DNA of 48,368 bases from Candidatus Nomurabacteria bacterium (GCA_943359395.1 CALRHH010000006.1:1-48368), one strand, 5' to 3'. Numbered from the stretch's first letter, positions 39,370 to 48,160 are shown. Notes: generated by a model from the sequence alone, not told the origin. A program made the numbers and translations.

Positions 39370-39672
39370 CTACAGTAGGACGCTGAGCGTGAGAGTGATC
39401 GTGTCGCCGGCGGCTATGCCTTCGGCATATCGAACCTTGGCCTTGAGCGGCAGGATGTAGGTGCCCGAACGCTTGTCGGGGAAGATGGATGTTTCCCATG
39501 TCGTTTTGCCTATGCGTGCCCGCACGCGCACCGCGCCGAATCCCCTGCGCGGCCCCGCGTATCTCTCGCGTATCTCTGCGGAATGCTTCTTGTCGACATG
39601 TGCAAAATGCCACGCGCCCTGCGCCCCCGGCCAGAGCACTACTTCCGAGCGGACTTTGTATTGTTTCGCCAT
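39370..39672 (-). CDS. DUF1905 domain protein
   Basis: GAWHF, GFGAVRV, WETSIFP and LPLKAKVR motifs. Confidence 0.88.
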   Translation of the reverse strand: MAKQYKVRSEVVLWPGAQGAWHFAHVDKKHSAEIRERYAGPRRGFGAVRVRARIGKTTWETSIFPDKRSGTYILPLKAKVRYAEGIAAGDTITLTLSVLL

Positions 39673-39684
39673 AGAAAGTCGTGA

Positions 39685-41166
39685 CTATTTTTCGAGGTCG
39701 AGGGTGTCGTCGATTCTGATTTTGGCTACGAATTCAGGCACGTGGGAGACGAGTATCATCGCCCCGTCGTACTCATCGAGCGCCTTGGCTATGACGGGCA
39801 GGTGACGGAAGTTGATGTGGTTGGTCGGCTCGTCGAGGATGAGGAGCCCCGGCTTCATAAGGACGAGACGCGCGAACGCCACGAGCCCCTTCTGCCCTTC
39901 CGAAAGATGCCCGATTTTCGTCTGGATCAAATCCCCCGTGATAAGGAATCCCGCCGCGACGTGGCGCATATCCCCTTCTATTTCCTTATCCATCGCACTG
40001 GCCAATTCTTCGTACACGGTCTTGCTGAAATCGAGGTTCGAAAAATCCTGACGGTAATAGCCCACTTTTACCCCCTTCGTAATCGTCGCTCCTGAATCAG
40101 CAGATTCACCTACTGGGCTCGACGCTGCGCGGGCCAGCGATTCGAAGAGCGTGGACTTGCCGATGCCGTTGGGGCCTTTGAGAAGCAAATGCTGATTCTT
40201 GCGGAGCGAAACGGTCTTTTTCTTGATGACCAGCTTGTAATTCTTGATAGTTTTGAAGGAGGTGATATGGAGCAGCTCGCCGGAGAGATTGGGCGGGCAT
40301 GGGATGTGGAACTTCTTGATGGTCTTGTCTTCGCGGCGCACCTCCACCTTGGCCTCTTCTGCCTCTGCAGCAGCTTCGCGCATGCGCTTGGCGACAGCAC
40401 GTAGCTGCCCCCCCTTCATTGCAAAGAAATTCGCCTTTTCTTTCTTGGCGATAATGATCTTTTGCATCTGCGCATTTTTCATCGCCTCGCGCTCCACGCG
40501 TGCACTTATCTCAGCCACCACATCGGTGTAGTTGCCGACGTACTGCTCCACCTTGCGCGTGTGCACATCGAGGTAGAGTACGCCATGTGTGAAAGCGTTG
40601 AGGAAATCGGCATCGTGCGAAATGACAATCACGGTCTTCTCGTAGTCGACGAGGAATTTGGTGAGGTGTGCGATTCCTGCTTTGTCGAGATTGTTGGTCG
40701 GCTCATCGAGGAGGAGCAAATCGGGCTTCTGGATGAGTGCCGAGGCGAGGAGGAGACGCGCCTGCTGACCACCAGAGAAGCTACTCATCACGCGGTCGTG
40801 GACCTTTGTGTGTCCTTTGAGATTGACCACCTCCAAGACGTCATCGATACGAGGATCGATATCGTACATCTTTTTAGGGAATACTTTCTGGAAAAATTCG
40901 CGCACCGTGAGTTTGAGCTCCTCCCGAGGAATCACCTGCCTCGAGAGTGCGATAGAGAGCCCCTTTTCTATATGTATATCGCCGTCTTCCGGCTCGATTG
41001 CACCCGTGATGAGTCCGAAGAGTGTGCTCTTGCCCGCTCCATTCTGGCCCATGAGCGTGAGCTTGGCGCTTCGGCGTATAGGAAAAGAAACCTCATCGAG
41101 GATGGGTTTGCGGGGACCATGCTCAAACGAAACATCCTCAAAACGCACTATCGTATCTTCAGCCAT
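39685..41166 (-). CDS. ABC-F family ATP-binding protein
   Basis: Two ABC domains (GQNGAGKS / GPNGIGKS, LDEPTN twice) joined by a linker, with no TM segments. Confidence 0.93.
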   Translation of the reverse strand: MAEDTIVRFEDVSFEHGPRKPILDEVSFPIRRSAKLTLMGQNGAGKSTLFGLITGAIEPEDGDIHIEKGLSIALSRQVIPREELKLTVREFFQKVFPKKMYDIDPRIDDVLEVVNLKGHTKVHDRVMSSFSGGQQARLLLASALIQKPDLLLLDEPTNNLDKAGIAHLTKFLVDYEKTVIVISHDADFLNAFTHGVLYLDVHTRKVEQYVGNYTDVVAEISARVEREAMKNAQMQKIIIAKKEKANFFAMKGGQLRAVAKRMREAAAEAEEAKVEVRREDKTIKKFHIPCPPNLSGELLHITSFKTIKNYKLVIKKKTVSLRKNQHLLLKGPNGIGKSTLFESLARAASSPVGESADSGATITKGVKVGYYRQDFSNLDFSKTVYEELASAMDKEIEGDMRHVAAGFLITGDLIQTKIGHLSEGQKGLVAFARLVLMKPGLLILDEPTNHINFRHLPVIAKALDEYDGAMILVSHVPEFVAKIRIDDTLDLEK

Positions 41167-41181
41167 AAAGCCCAACCTACC

Positions 41182-41583
41182 CTATATGACCGGCTGTGTA
41201 CAATGTGAACACCTTTTTGCCGCAAGAGGAATCTCGCTCAGACACTCTGTGCACTTCTTTGTGGTCGGATCCGCGGGTGGCCCCTTGCGCGATTTTCCGA
41301 CAAGAAGGTTCATCGGCTTCACGACAAGGAAGAATATCGTGGACGCAATCATGACAAACGAGATGACAGCATTGAGGAAGTGCCCATACTTAAATTCGCC
41401 GCCGTTGAAAGTAAAGACGAGCCCACCCATATCGGGGACACGGGCAACCGCCGAGATAAACGGCGTGACAAAATCAGCCACAAGCGCATTGACGATGGCG
41501 CTGAAAGCCGCACCGACAACGACGCCGACCGCTAGGTCGACGACGTTGCCGCGCAGTAAGAATTGCTTAAACTCCTTCAACAT
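41182..41583 (-). CDS. mscL: Large-conductance mechanosensitive channel
   Basis: EFKQFLLRGNVVDLAVGV, YGHFL and a C-terminal CxxC..CxxC. Confidence 0.95.
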   Translation of the reverse strand: MLKEFKQFLLRGNVVDLAVGVVVGAAFSAIVNALVADFVTPFISAVARVPDMGGLVFTFNGGEFKYGHFLNAVISFVMIASTIFFLVVKPMNLLVGKSRKGPPADPTTKKCTECLSEIPLAAKRCSHCTQPVI

Positions 41584-41601
41584 ATACGAAACAGATCCAC
41601 C

Positions 41602-41664
41602 TTACTTCTTCGCTTTTTTCGGCTTCTTCGCCTCCTTACGACGAGAGTTGTTTCCTTTTCCCAT
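41602..41664 (-). CDS. 20-aa Lys-rich peptide
   Basis: Manual translation MGKGNNSRRKEAKKPKKAKK*, directly after the repeated 5' element. Confidence 0.6.
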   Translation of the reverse strand: MGKGNNSRRKEAKKPKKAKK

Positions 41665-41751
41665 ATGTGATTTTGCGAAATCATGCCGCGCACCCGATTC
41701 CGCAGAATCGTGTCGCGTACTGTCCTTTAAAACGCGACCAAAAGCGCGGCC
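41665..41751 (-). repeat. Structured 5' element, copy 2
   Basis: Same 28-bp core and closing stem as 3340-3387, with two extra internal hairpins. Confidence 0.85.
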
Positions 41752-41808
41752 TTCTTTCTATTAGGTTGCTAATTAATAACGAGAACATTCTACCATGCTA
41801 TGGCGCCG

Positions 41809-42285
41809 CTATGCGACACTGACGCGCTCAATGACCACGGGCTCCACTGGCCTATCAGACTCACCTACCGGAGTAGATTCGATAGCCTTCACAAAATCCA
41901 TGCCAGCCGTGACTCGGCCAAAAGTCGTGTGTTTGGAATCAAGAAAATTATTATCGGCGGTATTGATGAAGAACTGACTTCCGTTGGTGTTCGGGCCTGA
42001 ATTCGCCATGGAAATAGTTCCTATCACGTTGTGATTATTTTCACGAATCTCGTCGGCAAATTTGTACCCCGGGTCACCCGTGCCCCAACGCGCCATCAGC
42101 GTATCATCTTTCGTCAAAGGATCGCCCCCCTGAATCATGAAGTCTCGAATGACACGGTGAAATTTGGTCCCGTCATAAAACTTTTCCTTAACAAGTTTTC
42201 TAAAATTTGCGACTGTATTCGGCGCATCAGCCTCAAACAACTCAATAGTGATATCTCCTTTTGTCGTGTGCAGTGTTGCGTTCAT
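41809..42285 (-). CDS. Cyclophilin-type peptidyl-prolyl isomerase
   Basis: FHRVIRDFMIQGGDP and SMANSGPNTNGSQFFI motifs. Confidence 0.96.
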   Translation of the reverse strand: MNATLHTTKGDITIELFEADAPNTVANFRKLVKEKFYDGTKFHRVIRDFMIQGGDPLTKDDTLMARWGTGDPGYKFADEIRENNHNVIGTISMANSGPNTNGSQFFINTADNNFLDSKHTTFGRVTAGMDFVKAIESTPVGESDRPVEPVVIERVSVA

Positions 42286-42301
42286 CGGTACAGTATACCC
42301 T

Positions 42302-42865
42302 CTATTTCATTTCTCCCAAAAATTTGATGAGATTGGCAATATGCGTCTCCACATCGACGCCAAGCGCTTCACAGCCTCGCTCTATGACCTTGCGGTCAAC
42401 CTTTGCGGCAAACCTACTTTCTCCATACCGCTTTTTGAGCGAACTCACTTTCATCTGCCCGTACGGAACCGGATTAATCATGTGGTAGGCGTAGAAAATC
42501 CCGCAGAGCTCATCGCACGCCATGAGCGCCGCCGCAAGCTTCGTCTGCGGCAAGGTCGTAAATCCGTTGTATCCGTACGCGTGCGCCTCTACCGCGTGGA
42601 TTAATTCCTCAGGATAGCCCCACTCCTTGAACCAATTGAGAGACTCAGCTGGATGCGCGTGCGGATATTCTTCGAAATCAATATCGTGGAGAAGCCCCGT
42701 CAGGTACCAGAGGTCTTTGTCTTCTCCTGCCTGCGTAGGCAGGCCATACAGAGAAGCGTAGCCTTCCATCGCACTCCCAACCATGCGACCATGAAGTCGC
42801 TGGTATGTATCTGTGACATGTTTGTCCAGGAGCGCATGCGCCTCATCTCGCGTCGGAAGTCCCAT
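42302..42865 (-). CDS. HD-domain phosphohydrolase (HDIG-like)
   Basis: GLLHDID, ACDELCG and FAAKVDR motifs; contains an 18-bp palindromic insert. Confidence 0.88.
   Translation of the reverse strand: MGLPTRDEAHALLDKHVTDTYQRLHGRMVGSAMEGYASLYGLPTQAGEDKDLWYLTGLLHDIDFEEYPHAHPAESLNWFKEWGYPEELIHAVEAHAYGYNGFTTLPQTKLAAALMACDELCGIFYAYHMINPVPYGQMKVSSLKKRYGESRFAAKVDRKVIERGCEALGVDVETHIANLIKFLGEMK
42726..42743. repeat. 18-bp palindrome within CDS
   Basis: CCTGCCT-GCGT-AGGCAGG, corresponding to LPTQAG in the HD protein. Confidence 0.8.
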
Positions 42866-42935
42866 ATCCGACAATTGTACCCCAAGAGCTGGAGATGGTG
42901 GTACGAAGTTGGAACTTTTTTCGATGCTGGTCTCA

Positions 42936-43415
42936 TTATGCCGTTATGTCGCCCTTGGATGTTTGACCCGTCGCATGTCGCAACTTTCGTTCAAACCTCA
43001 CCGCCGCACTGGCGATTACGCCAAAGACAACAATCATCAAAAGACCCATAAAAACACCGCCCGCAATGTCATCGCCGGGCCGAACTATAAACAGGTAGGC
43101 TTCTGCCGCTACAATAAAGGCGACGAGGGTCATCGCACAGTATTTTATAGTTCGCAAAGCCCTCACCGACGCTTCCGAAAATAATTCATTCCGTCCGATG
43201 TAGCCCGACAGTTTGAATGCTTGATAGAGCGCCACGAAAAAGGCAATAGATGCAGTGTAGGCCCATGCCAAGAATGGATCGTTGAAATATATTTGGAAGA
43301 GTGTGGCGTGCGCATTCCTACCCTCGATATGAGGTTCCCAAAGCATGAGGGCAAGAGTGCCGACGCCTAGAGCCACAATGACCAGCTGAAAAAATATTGT
43401 TGAGATTCTTTTCAT
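42936..43415 (-). CDS. DUF2975 membrane protein
   Basis: ALYQAFKL..YI.RNELFS..SV.AL..IKYCA pattern and 4 TM helices. Confidence 0.85.
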   Translation of the reverse strand: MKRISTIFFQLVIVALGVGTLALMLWEPHIEGRNAHATLFQIYFNDPFLAWAYTASIAFFVALYQAFKLSGYIGRNELFSEASVRALRTIKYCAMTLVAFIVAAEAYLFIVRPGDDIAGGVFMGLLMIVVFGVIASAAVRFERKLRHATGQTSKGDITA

Positions 43416-43678
43416 AATTTGTTTTTACTGGGGGACTTGGAATCGCCTCTCGCTCTGCTGAGCTCGAAACCTTCAGCGTCTTTTCGACGCCTGCGGCCCG
43501 CGGTTCGCATTCAAGTCTACCCCGTTTTTCGCTTCGCTTCAAACTACATTATACGACCAAGCTCGAACCTATTTCGAGCGACTGAACTGATGTCGCGCGC
43601 TCCGCGCGCGTGGTGGCTCTAAACCTCTCCGTACGCTCCGATTGCGTGGTGAAGCGATACAATGCGCCTCGGACACGC

Positions 43679-43804
43679 TCGCGGACTCGCGTGTGCAAAA
43701 ACCAAAAAATTTCCTTGCATTTTTCTCGCGTCTCCTCCCCCCACCCCTCCACCGCGAAGCGGAATGAATGGAAAGGAAATTTTTGGTTTTGCTTCGCCGT
43801 TTCA
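43679..43804 (+). repeat. Long inverted repeat, left copy
   Basis: Reverse complement of 48254-48368 except for an 11-bp insertion (GAAGCGGAATG) and one substitution. Internally palindromic. Confidence 0.92.
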
Positions 43805-44009
43805 GTCTCCGAAAAGAGCAATCTTATTTTAACATTTTTGTTTGCTCTTTTCTCCACCCTCACGGCGACCGAGGCGCTTCCTCTCCGCGTTTGGTGGTGA
43901 CTTGAAAGTCTGTGGCTTCGTTCACTGGTTGTGGTAACTCCTTAAAGCGGATTGTGCTAGGCACAAACAAATCTGTATGTGCTTGCCCCACCCGCCCTGT
44001 GCGCGCACA

Positions 44010-44052
44010 AATCCCCGCCGTTTTTAGGATATATTATAAAACGGCGGGGATT
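44010..44052. terminator. 15-bp perfect inverted repeat after the cassette's last gene (possible terminator)
   Basis: AATCCCCGCCGTTTT-N13-AAAACGGCGGGGATT. Confidence 0.6.
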
Positions 44053-44062
44053 GCTCCCTTGA

Positions 44063-44500
44063 TTACATTTTTCTCGAATCATAAGCCCAATGTAGCAGAG
44101 CTTGTCTTTGCTTTGGTCGGCAAAAAATATCTCCCGCCCTGCAATTGTTTTTAATCTGCATGACATGTCTACGCATCGCCAGCCATCTTTTTATTTGTCT
44201 TTCGTCATCATCAGTTCTACGCCCTAAATAGTATCTGCAATACCACTCAAACCATCCACGCGGATCTTGCGGATGTATCCATCCTTTGGCTTGCCAAACA
44301 GAGAGCGACTGACTTGCGTTTACATTAAAATAATTTAGTTCCTTATGTCTCTTTCCGTCCGGAGATAATTTTGCACTTCTCCACCAACTTTTCGGAAACT
44401 CTTTGGGTTTATCAGAAAAATACAATCCGCCAAAAACTCCGAGCGCGAGCATTTCTTTTGGAGTGAGGTCTGGTTTAAAGCGTTGATCAAAATTCTGCAT
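44063..44500 (-). CDS. Hypothetical protein, Trp/Arg-rich
   Basis: LTPKEML.LGVFGG.Y, DPRGWFEWYCRYY.GRR and RQALLHWAYD; function unknown. Confidence 0.85.
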   Translation of the reverse strand: MQNFDQRFKPDLTPKEMLALGVFGGLYFSDKPKEFPKSWWRSAKLSPDGKRHKELNYFNVNASQSLSVWQAKGWIHPQDPRGWFEWYCRYYLGRRTDDDERQIKRWLAMRRHVMQIKNNCRAGDIFCRPKQRQALLHWAYDSRKM

Positions 44501-44506
44501 GCTACG

Positions 44507-45271
44507 TTATTTTCTTGGCAATGGGATGAACACGCTTGTTTTTCTTTTATACTCCGCAAACTCTGGATTCTCCTCCATTTTCTTTTCGAGCATAGGAATA
44601 CCAGAAACTTTCAAAATTAAAAATGTGATCATGATCGGCCCGATAATTCCAATCCAGCCATTCGAGACAGAGAGAGCAATGAGCCACAACCCCCACCACT
44701 GCGTGACCTCGCCGAAGTAGTTTGGGTGCCGAGTATATGCCCATAGTCCACCTTGAATCAATTTGCCTTTGTTAGCTGGGTTTTTAATAAATCGCGCCAG
44801 TTGAGCGTCTCCGACAGATTCAAAATAAAAACCAACGATCCACACCACAACACCAAACACATCGAGTATACCTAGCGCTGTCCCGGTGCTCTTGTTAATA
44901 AGCAACACGGGCAAAACGATTAGAAAAAGAAAAAGCCCCTGTAAAAGATATACTTGCACATACGAACGAGAATAGAACCACTTTCCCCATTCTTTACGCC
45001 ACGCAAGATACCGATAATCTTCCGCCTTGCCTTTATTGCGTGCATGAATATGCCAAGCCAAACGTAGACCCCAAATGCTCACCAATACTCCTACCAAGAG
45101 TCCTCGTGTACCGGAATCACCCGAAAGGAAAAATGAAGTCCAAGTCATGAGAACAAACCCCAGCCCCCACGCGACATCAGCGACATCATTTCTTTTTTTA
45201 ATCAAAGAAACCACGAACCATAGGCTCATGTATACAAACAAAACCAAAATGAGGGTTAGGTAATAATTCAT
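44507..45271 (-). CDS. DUF1295 (steroid 5-alpha-reductase-like) membrane protein
   Basis: DVAWG, WGLRL, EDYRY, GDAQL and TRHPNYFGE motifs. Confidence 0.92.
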   Translation of the reverse strand: MNYYLTLILVLFVYMSLWFVVSLIKKRNDVADVAWGLGFVLMTWTSFFLSGDSGTRGLLVGVLVSIWGLRLAWHIHARNKGKAEDYRYLAWRKEWGKWFYSRSYVQVYLLQGLFLFLIVLPVLLINKSTGTALGILDVFGVVVWIVGFYFESVGDAQLARFIKNPANKGKLIQGGLWAYTRHPNYFGEVTQWWGLWLIALSVSNGWIGIIGPIMITFLILKVSGIPMLEKKMEENPEFAEYKRKTSVFIPLPRK

Positions 45272-45675
45272 AGACCGATTTTACTTGCTATGAAATAAGT
45301 TACGACCGACACAGAAGATGCCAACACCGCACCCCACACCAAGTCCACGATTGTAACCAAAAGTGGCCAATCTTTAGCAACGGCCAAATTGGTTAGGTCA
45401 TATGTGGCATAACAAACCAGACCAAAGAGTGCCCCAAAGAGAAGAGCGTGCATCCACGAACCTTTTTCCACTGCTGGAGCGATGACAAATACAATAAGTC
45501 CAGCGATAAAAATCAGATAAAAGATAATCGCTGCTGTCCAATTTATGTCCGATTTCATAAGCGTGCCGATCTGCGCGCGATAAAAATCCTTGGCCACCAG
45601 CCCAAGCCAGATCATGTCGATGGCAAAGAATACTGGTAGTGCGATTGCAAATTGTTTTATGAACATAGTATTCAT
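45268..45675 (-). CDS. DUF2177 membrane protein
   Basis: IDMIWLG, YATYDLTNLA and VDLVWG motifs. Confidence 0.92.
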   Translation of the reverse strand: MNTMFIKQFAIALPVFFAIDMIWLGLVAKDFYRAQIGTLMKSDINWTAAIIFYLIFIAGLIVFVIAPAVEKGSWMHALLFGALFGLVCYATYDLTNLAVAKDWPLLVTIVDLVWGAVLASSVSVVTYFIASKIGL

Positions 45676-46437
45676 TTATTTTTTATAAAATATCCTTCCG
45701 ACAAAGAATAAAAACAAAACCAAACACACAATCACAGTCGCGATGACGATTGGATATTGTCCGTCAAAACCACTGGCAGAGACATGTTTAAACAGTATCC
45801 ATGAATATGCCCAGACGAGCACCATGCCATAGGCGATATTGTTGTCTTTGCGCATTCGCAAGATTCCAATCAGTGCTCCAACCAAGAGGATAATGCTCGT
45901 CCAGACAAAGTCGGCAATCCCGAATCCATTCCAACTGATACTCACGAGAAATACCGTGATGTTGGCGATTGACGCCACGGTGATCCAACCGAAGTAAATA
46001 CTAAATGGTGCCCAGACGAGAAGTTTTTCGAGCGATGTAAACTGCTCGGTGCGAAGAATGTCAGCAATCTTTATAAGGAGAATGAGCAGTGTCGCCATGA
46101 TGAGTACCGAAAGACCGATATAGTCATAGTGCCAAGCAAATATCCACGAGATGTTCGCGAGTGAAGTGGCGATAAAAAGTGGATTGATTTTCTGGAGGAG
46201 GTCTTCTGTTTTTTGATCCTTCTTTACAAATTGGTAGATCACATAAGCACCCAGCAAAAGATAGATCAAGCCCCAAATGGAGAATGCCGGGCCGGCTGGT
46301 GCAAAAATATTTGGATAGGCATCTGATATATCGCCCGTAGAGCGACCATTGATGGGCAAGCCGTTCGCCAAAAAATTTACCGCCACCATGGCGACATAAG
46401 TAACTGCGGTTAATATTTTAATATAAATATTTTTCAT
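45676..46437 (-). CDS. TspO-like (tryptophan-rich sensory) membrane protein
   Basis: FAPAGPAFSIWGLIY, NISWIFAWH and YFGWITVA motifs. Confidence 0.8.
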   Translation of the reverse strand: MKNIYIKILTAVTYVAMVAVNFLANGLPINGRSTGDISDAYPNIFAPAGPAFSIWGLIYLLLGAYVIYQFVKKDQKTEDLLQKINPLFIATSLANISWIFAWHYDYIGLSVLIMATLLILLIKIADILRTEQFTSLEKLLVWAPFSIYFGWITVASIANITVFLVSISWNGFGIADFVWTSIILLVGALIGILRMRKDNNIAYGMVLVWAYSWILFKHVSASGFDGQYPIVIATVIVCLVLFLFFVGRIFYKK

Positions 46438-46468
46438 AAAGTTTTTTTAAAAGTTATTGAATTGATAA

Positions 46469-47104
46469 TTATTTTAGCTCTACCAATACTTCATTGCGTG
46501 TCATCCATGGCGGAGTCCCCGGCGCATTGTATCCGGCGTAGGCAGTGCTCCCTTGTGCCACGACTCCGTCGCGAGCAAGAGCTGAAAGCAGTTTTTCTTG
46601 CATACTTTTGATTCGCACATCCGAGCGATACCAAGAGAATTGCATGACAGCGTATTTCTTGGTAGGAATCATTACGATTTTTACTCGCGAATCATTTGGT
46701 GTCGGTAATGTTTCAAGCGTATACGAGCGAGGCATACCAAAAGAGATGGTCTGCGAGTCGCCATCATTCGTTGCCACTACCGGCGCTGTCATAGCAATAC
46801 TTTCTGAAACCTTCTCTCCTCCTCCTTTTTGTGCAACTACGGGTGCAGTCATGGCAATGCTTTCTCTTTTAGTATTTCCGCCAAAGATATACCCCGCCAC
46901 AATACTAAAGCCACTGCTCATGGATTCTCCGTAAGAACCCTGTACTGTCGTTTGTGCCACGATATGCGCTGGATATTCCCGTATCTCGTAGTCGTTCATT
47001 TTCTTCACCACGGTATAGTCCGTTTGCTCAACTCGAGAACCGAAAAATCCCCAGACAGACCAGAGTGCGATTATTACAATGAAAGCGATGAGTATATTGA
47101 TCAT
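46469..47104 (-). CDS. SOUL heme-binding protein
   Basis: YEIREY, GYIFGGN, IAMTAPV (twice) and RNEV motifs. Confidence 0.92.
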   Translation of the reverse strand: MINILIAFIVIIALWSVWGFFGSRVEQTDYTVVKKMNDYEIREYPAHIVAQTTVQGSYGESMSSGFSIVAGYIFGGNTKRESIAMTAPVVAQKGGGEKVSESIAMTAPVVATNDGDSQTISFGMPRSYTLETLPTPNDSRVKIVMIPTKKYAVMQFSWYRSDVRIKSMQEKLLSALARDGVVAQGSTAYAGYNAPGTPPWMTRNEVLVELK

Positions 47105-47108
47105 AAAT

Positions 47109-47960
47109 TTATTTTTTTTCTAAACTCTTTCTTTCTACTTCATCAATTGTTTTACCTTCGATATTTTTCCACTCGTTCCAACCATTTGCTGATCTACCCA
47201 TTACAAAACCGGCGGCAGTAGAAAGACTAGAAAAAGTAATTTTTTGCTGTACTTCATAAAAGTTGCCTTTATCTGATACCGCTTGTTCTTGGATTTTTTC
47301 AGCCCGCAAATTATGCAGATACTCATGGATGCTTGGCACTTCTTCTTTTGCCACTTGTGAACCCTCAAGAACAATCATGCCTTCCGATGTATAAATTCCC
47401 TTAGCCTCCAACCCTTTTGCTTTTATAAAATATTTTTCATACGATTTGTCTGCAATAGACGCAATTTCATGGAAAGTATACCCGAGGGTCGATAGAACAA
47501 GTTTTATGTTTTGTTTAAATTCATCCATGTCGCTCTCGTCCTCCTCCGATAGCTTTGAGCCATCTGGAGAGTTTCCGTTGTGCATTTTGGCACGATTCGC
47601 TTTTTTACAATCATCAACAAATGTCGCTTCCAAAAATCTAACATGGGCTTTAGATAAATTTTCATCTTTAGCCAAGAAAACAATGCAGGTGTTCCAAAAA
47701 TCCTTAGATTGATGTTGCGAAATTCTTTTTTGGAAATTTTCAGCTTCTCCGATGTATACTTCTGGACTTATCGAAGTACCTCCATTCAAAAAATATAGAC
47801 ATTGCTTGCTTAATTCCTCACGCTTATTTACTACCTCAAGTTTATTTCGTGGAATAACAAATGCCAAACCAGACCAGTTACTGAGTTGGACTTTTTTTAC
47901 ACCCGTTGGATCTCCTTCGAGGAGGAATAATTTTATTGTTTTTGGGGCTATATTTTTCAT
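47109..47960 (-). CDS. GIY-YIG nuclease domain + DUF4357 protein
   Basis: NWSG, YIGEAE..RISQH, FW and FSSLSTAAGFVMGRSANGWNEWK motifs. Confidence 0.85.
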   Translation of the reverse strand: MKNIAPKTIKLFLLEGDPTGVKKVQLSNWSGLAFVIPRNKLEVVNKREELSKQCLYFLNGGTSISPEVYIGEAENFQKRISQHQSKDFWNTCIVFLAKDENLSKAHVRFLEATFVDDCKKANRAKMHNGNSPDGSKLSEEDESDMDEFKQNIKLVLSTLGYTFHEIASIADKSYEKYFIKAKGLEAKGIYTSEGMIVLEGSQVAKEEVPSIHEYLHNLRAEKIQEQAVSDKGNFYEVQQKITFSSLSTAAGFVMGRSANGWNEWKNIEGKTIDEVERKSLEKK

Positions 47961-47962
47961 AA

Positions 47963-48160
47963 TTATTTCTGTATCAAGTCATCAACCTTGATTTCGAGAG
48001 CCTTGGCTATTTTAGACAAAGTGTCGATTGTTGGGTTTTGATTGACTCCATTCTCAATCTTAACAATCGTATTGAGAGACAAATCAGCAAGTCGGGCGAC
48101 TTTTTCGAGGGAATAGCCCTTTTCGGCTCTGATCTTTTTTAAATTGCTTGCTATGCTCAT
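47963..48160 (-). CDS. XRE-family HTH regulator
   Basis: LKKIR..KGYSLEKVARLADLS..IENG..NPT.DTL.KIAKAL pattern. Confidence 0.93.
   Translation of the reverse strand: MSIASNLKKIRAEKGYSLEKVARLADLSLNTIVKIENGVNQNPTIDTLSKIAKALEIKVDDLIQK

Noticed and set aside
43431-43523. tRNA or tmRNA gene
   Set aside because: It has GGTTCG-like text but no cloverleaf with correct arm spacing and no CCA end.
43549-44166. ORFs 43549-43863, 43610-43900, 43912-44154 and 43957-44166
   Set aside because: They cross palindromic repeat DNA and lack start signals or protein-like features.
46758-46865. Duplicated ESIAMTAPV in the SOUL gene as a repeat element
   Set aside because: This internal duplication is a common feature of bacterial SOUL proteins.
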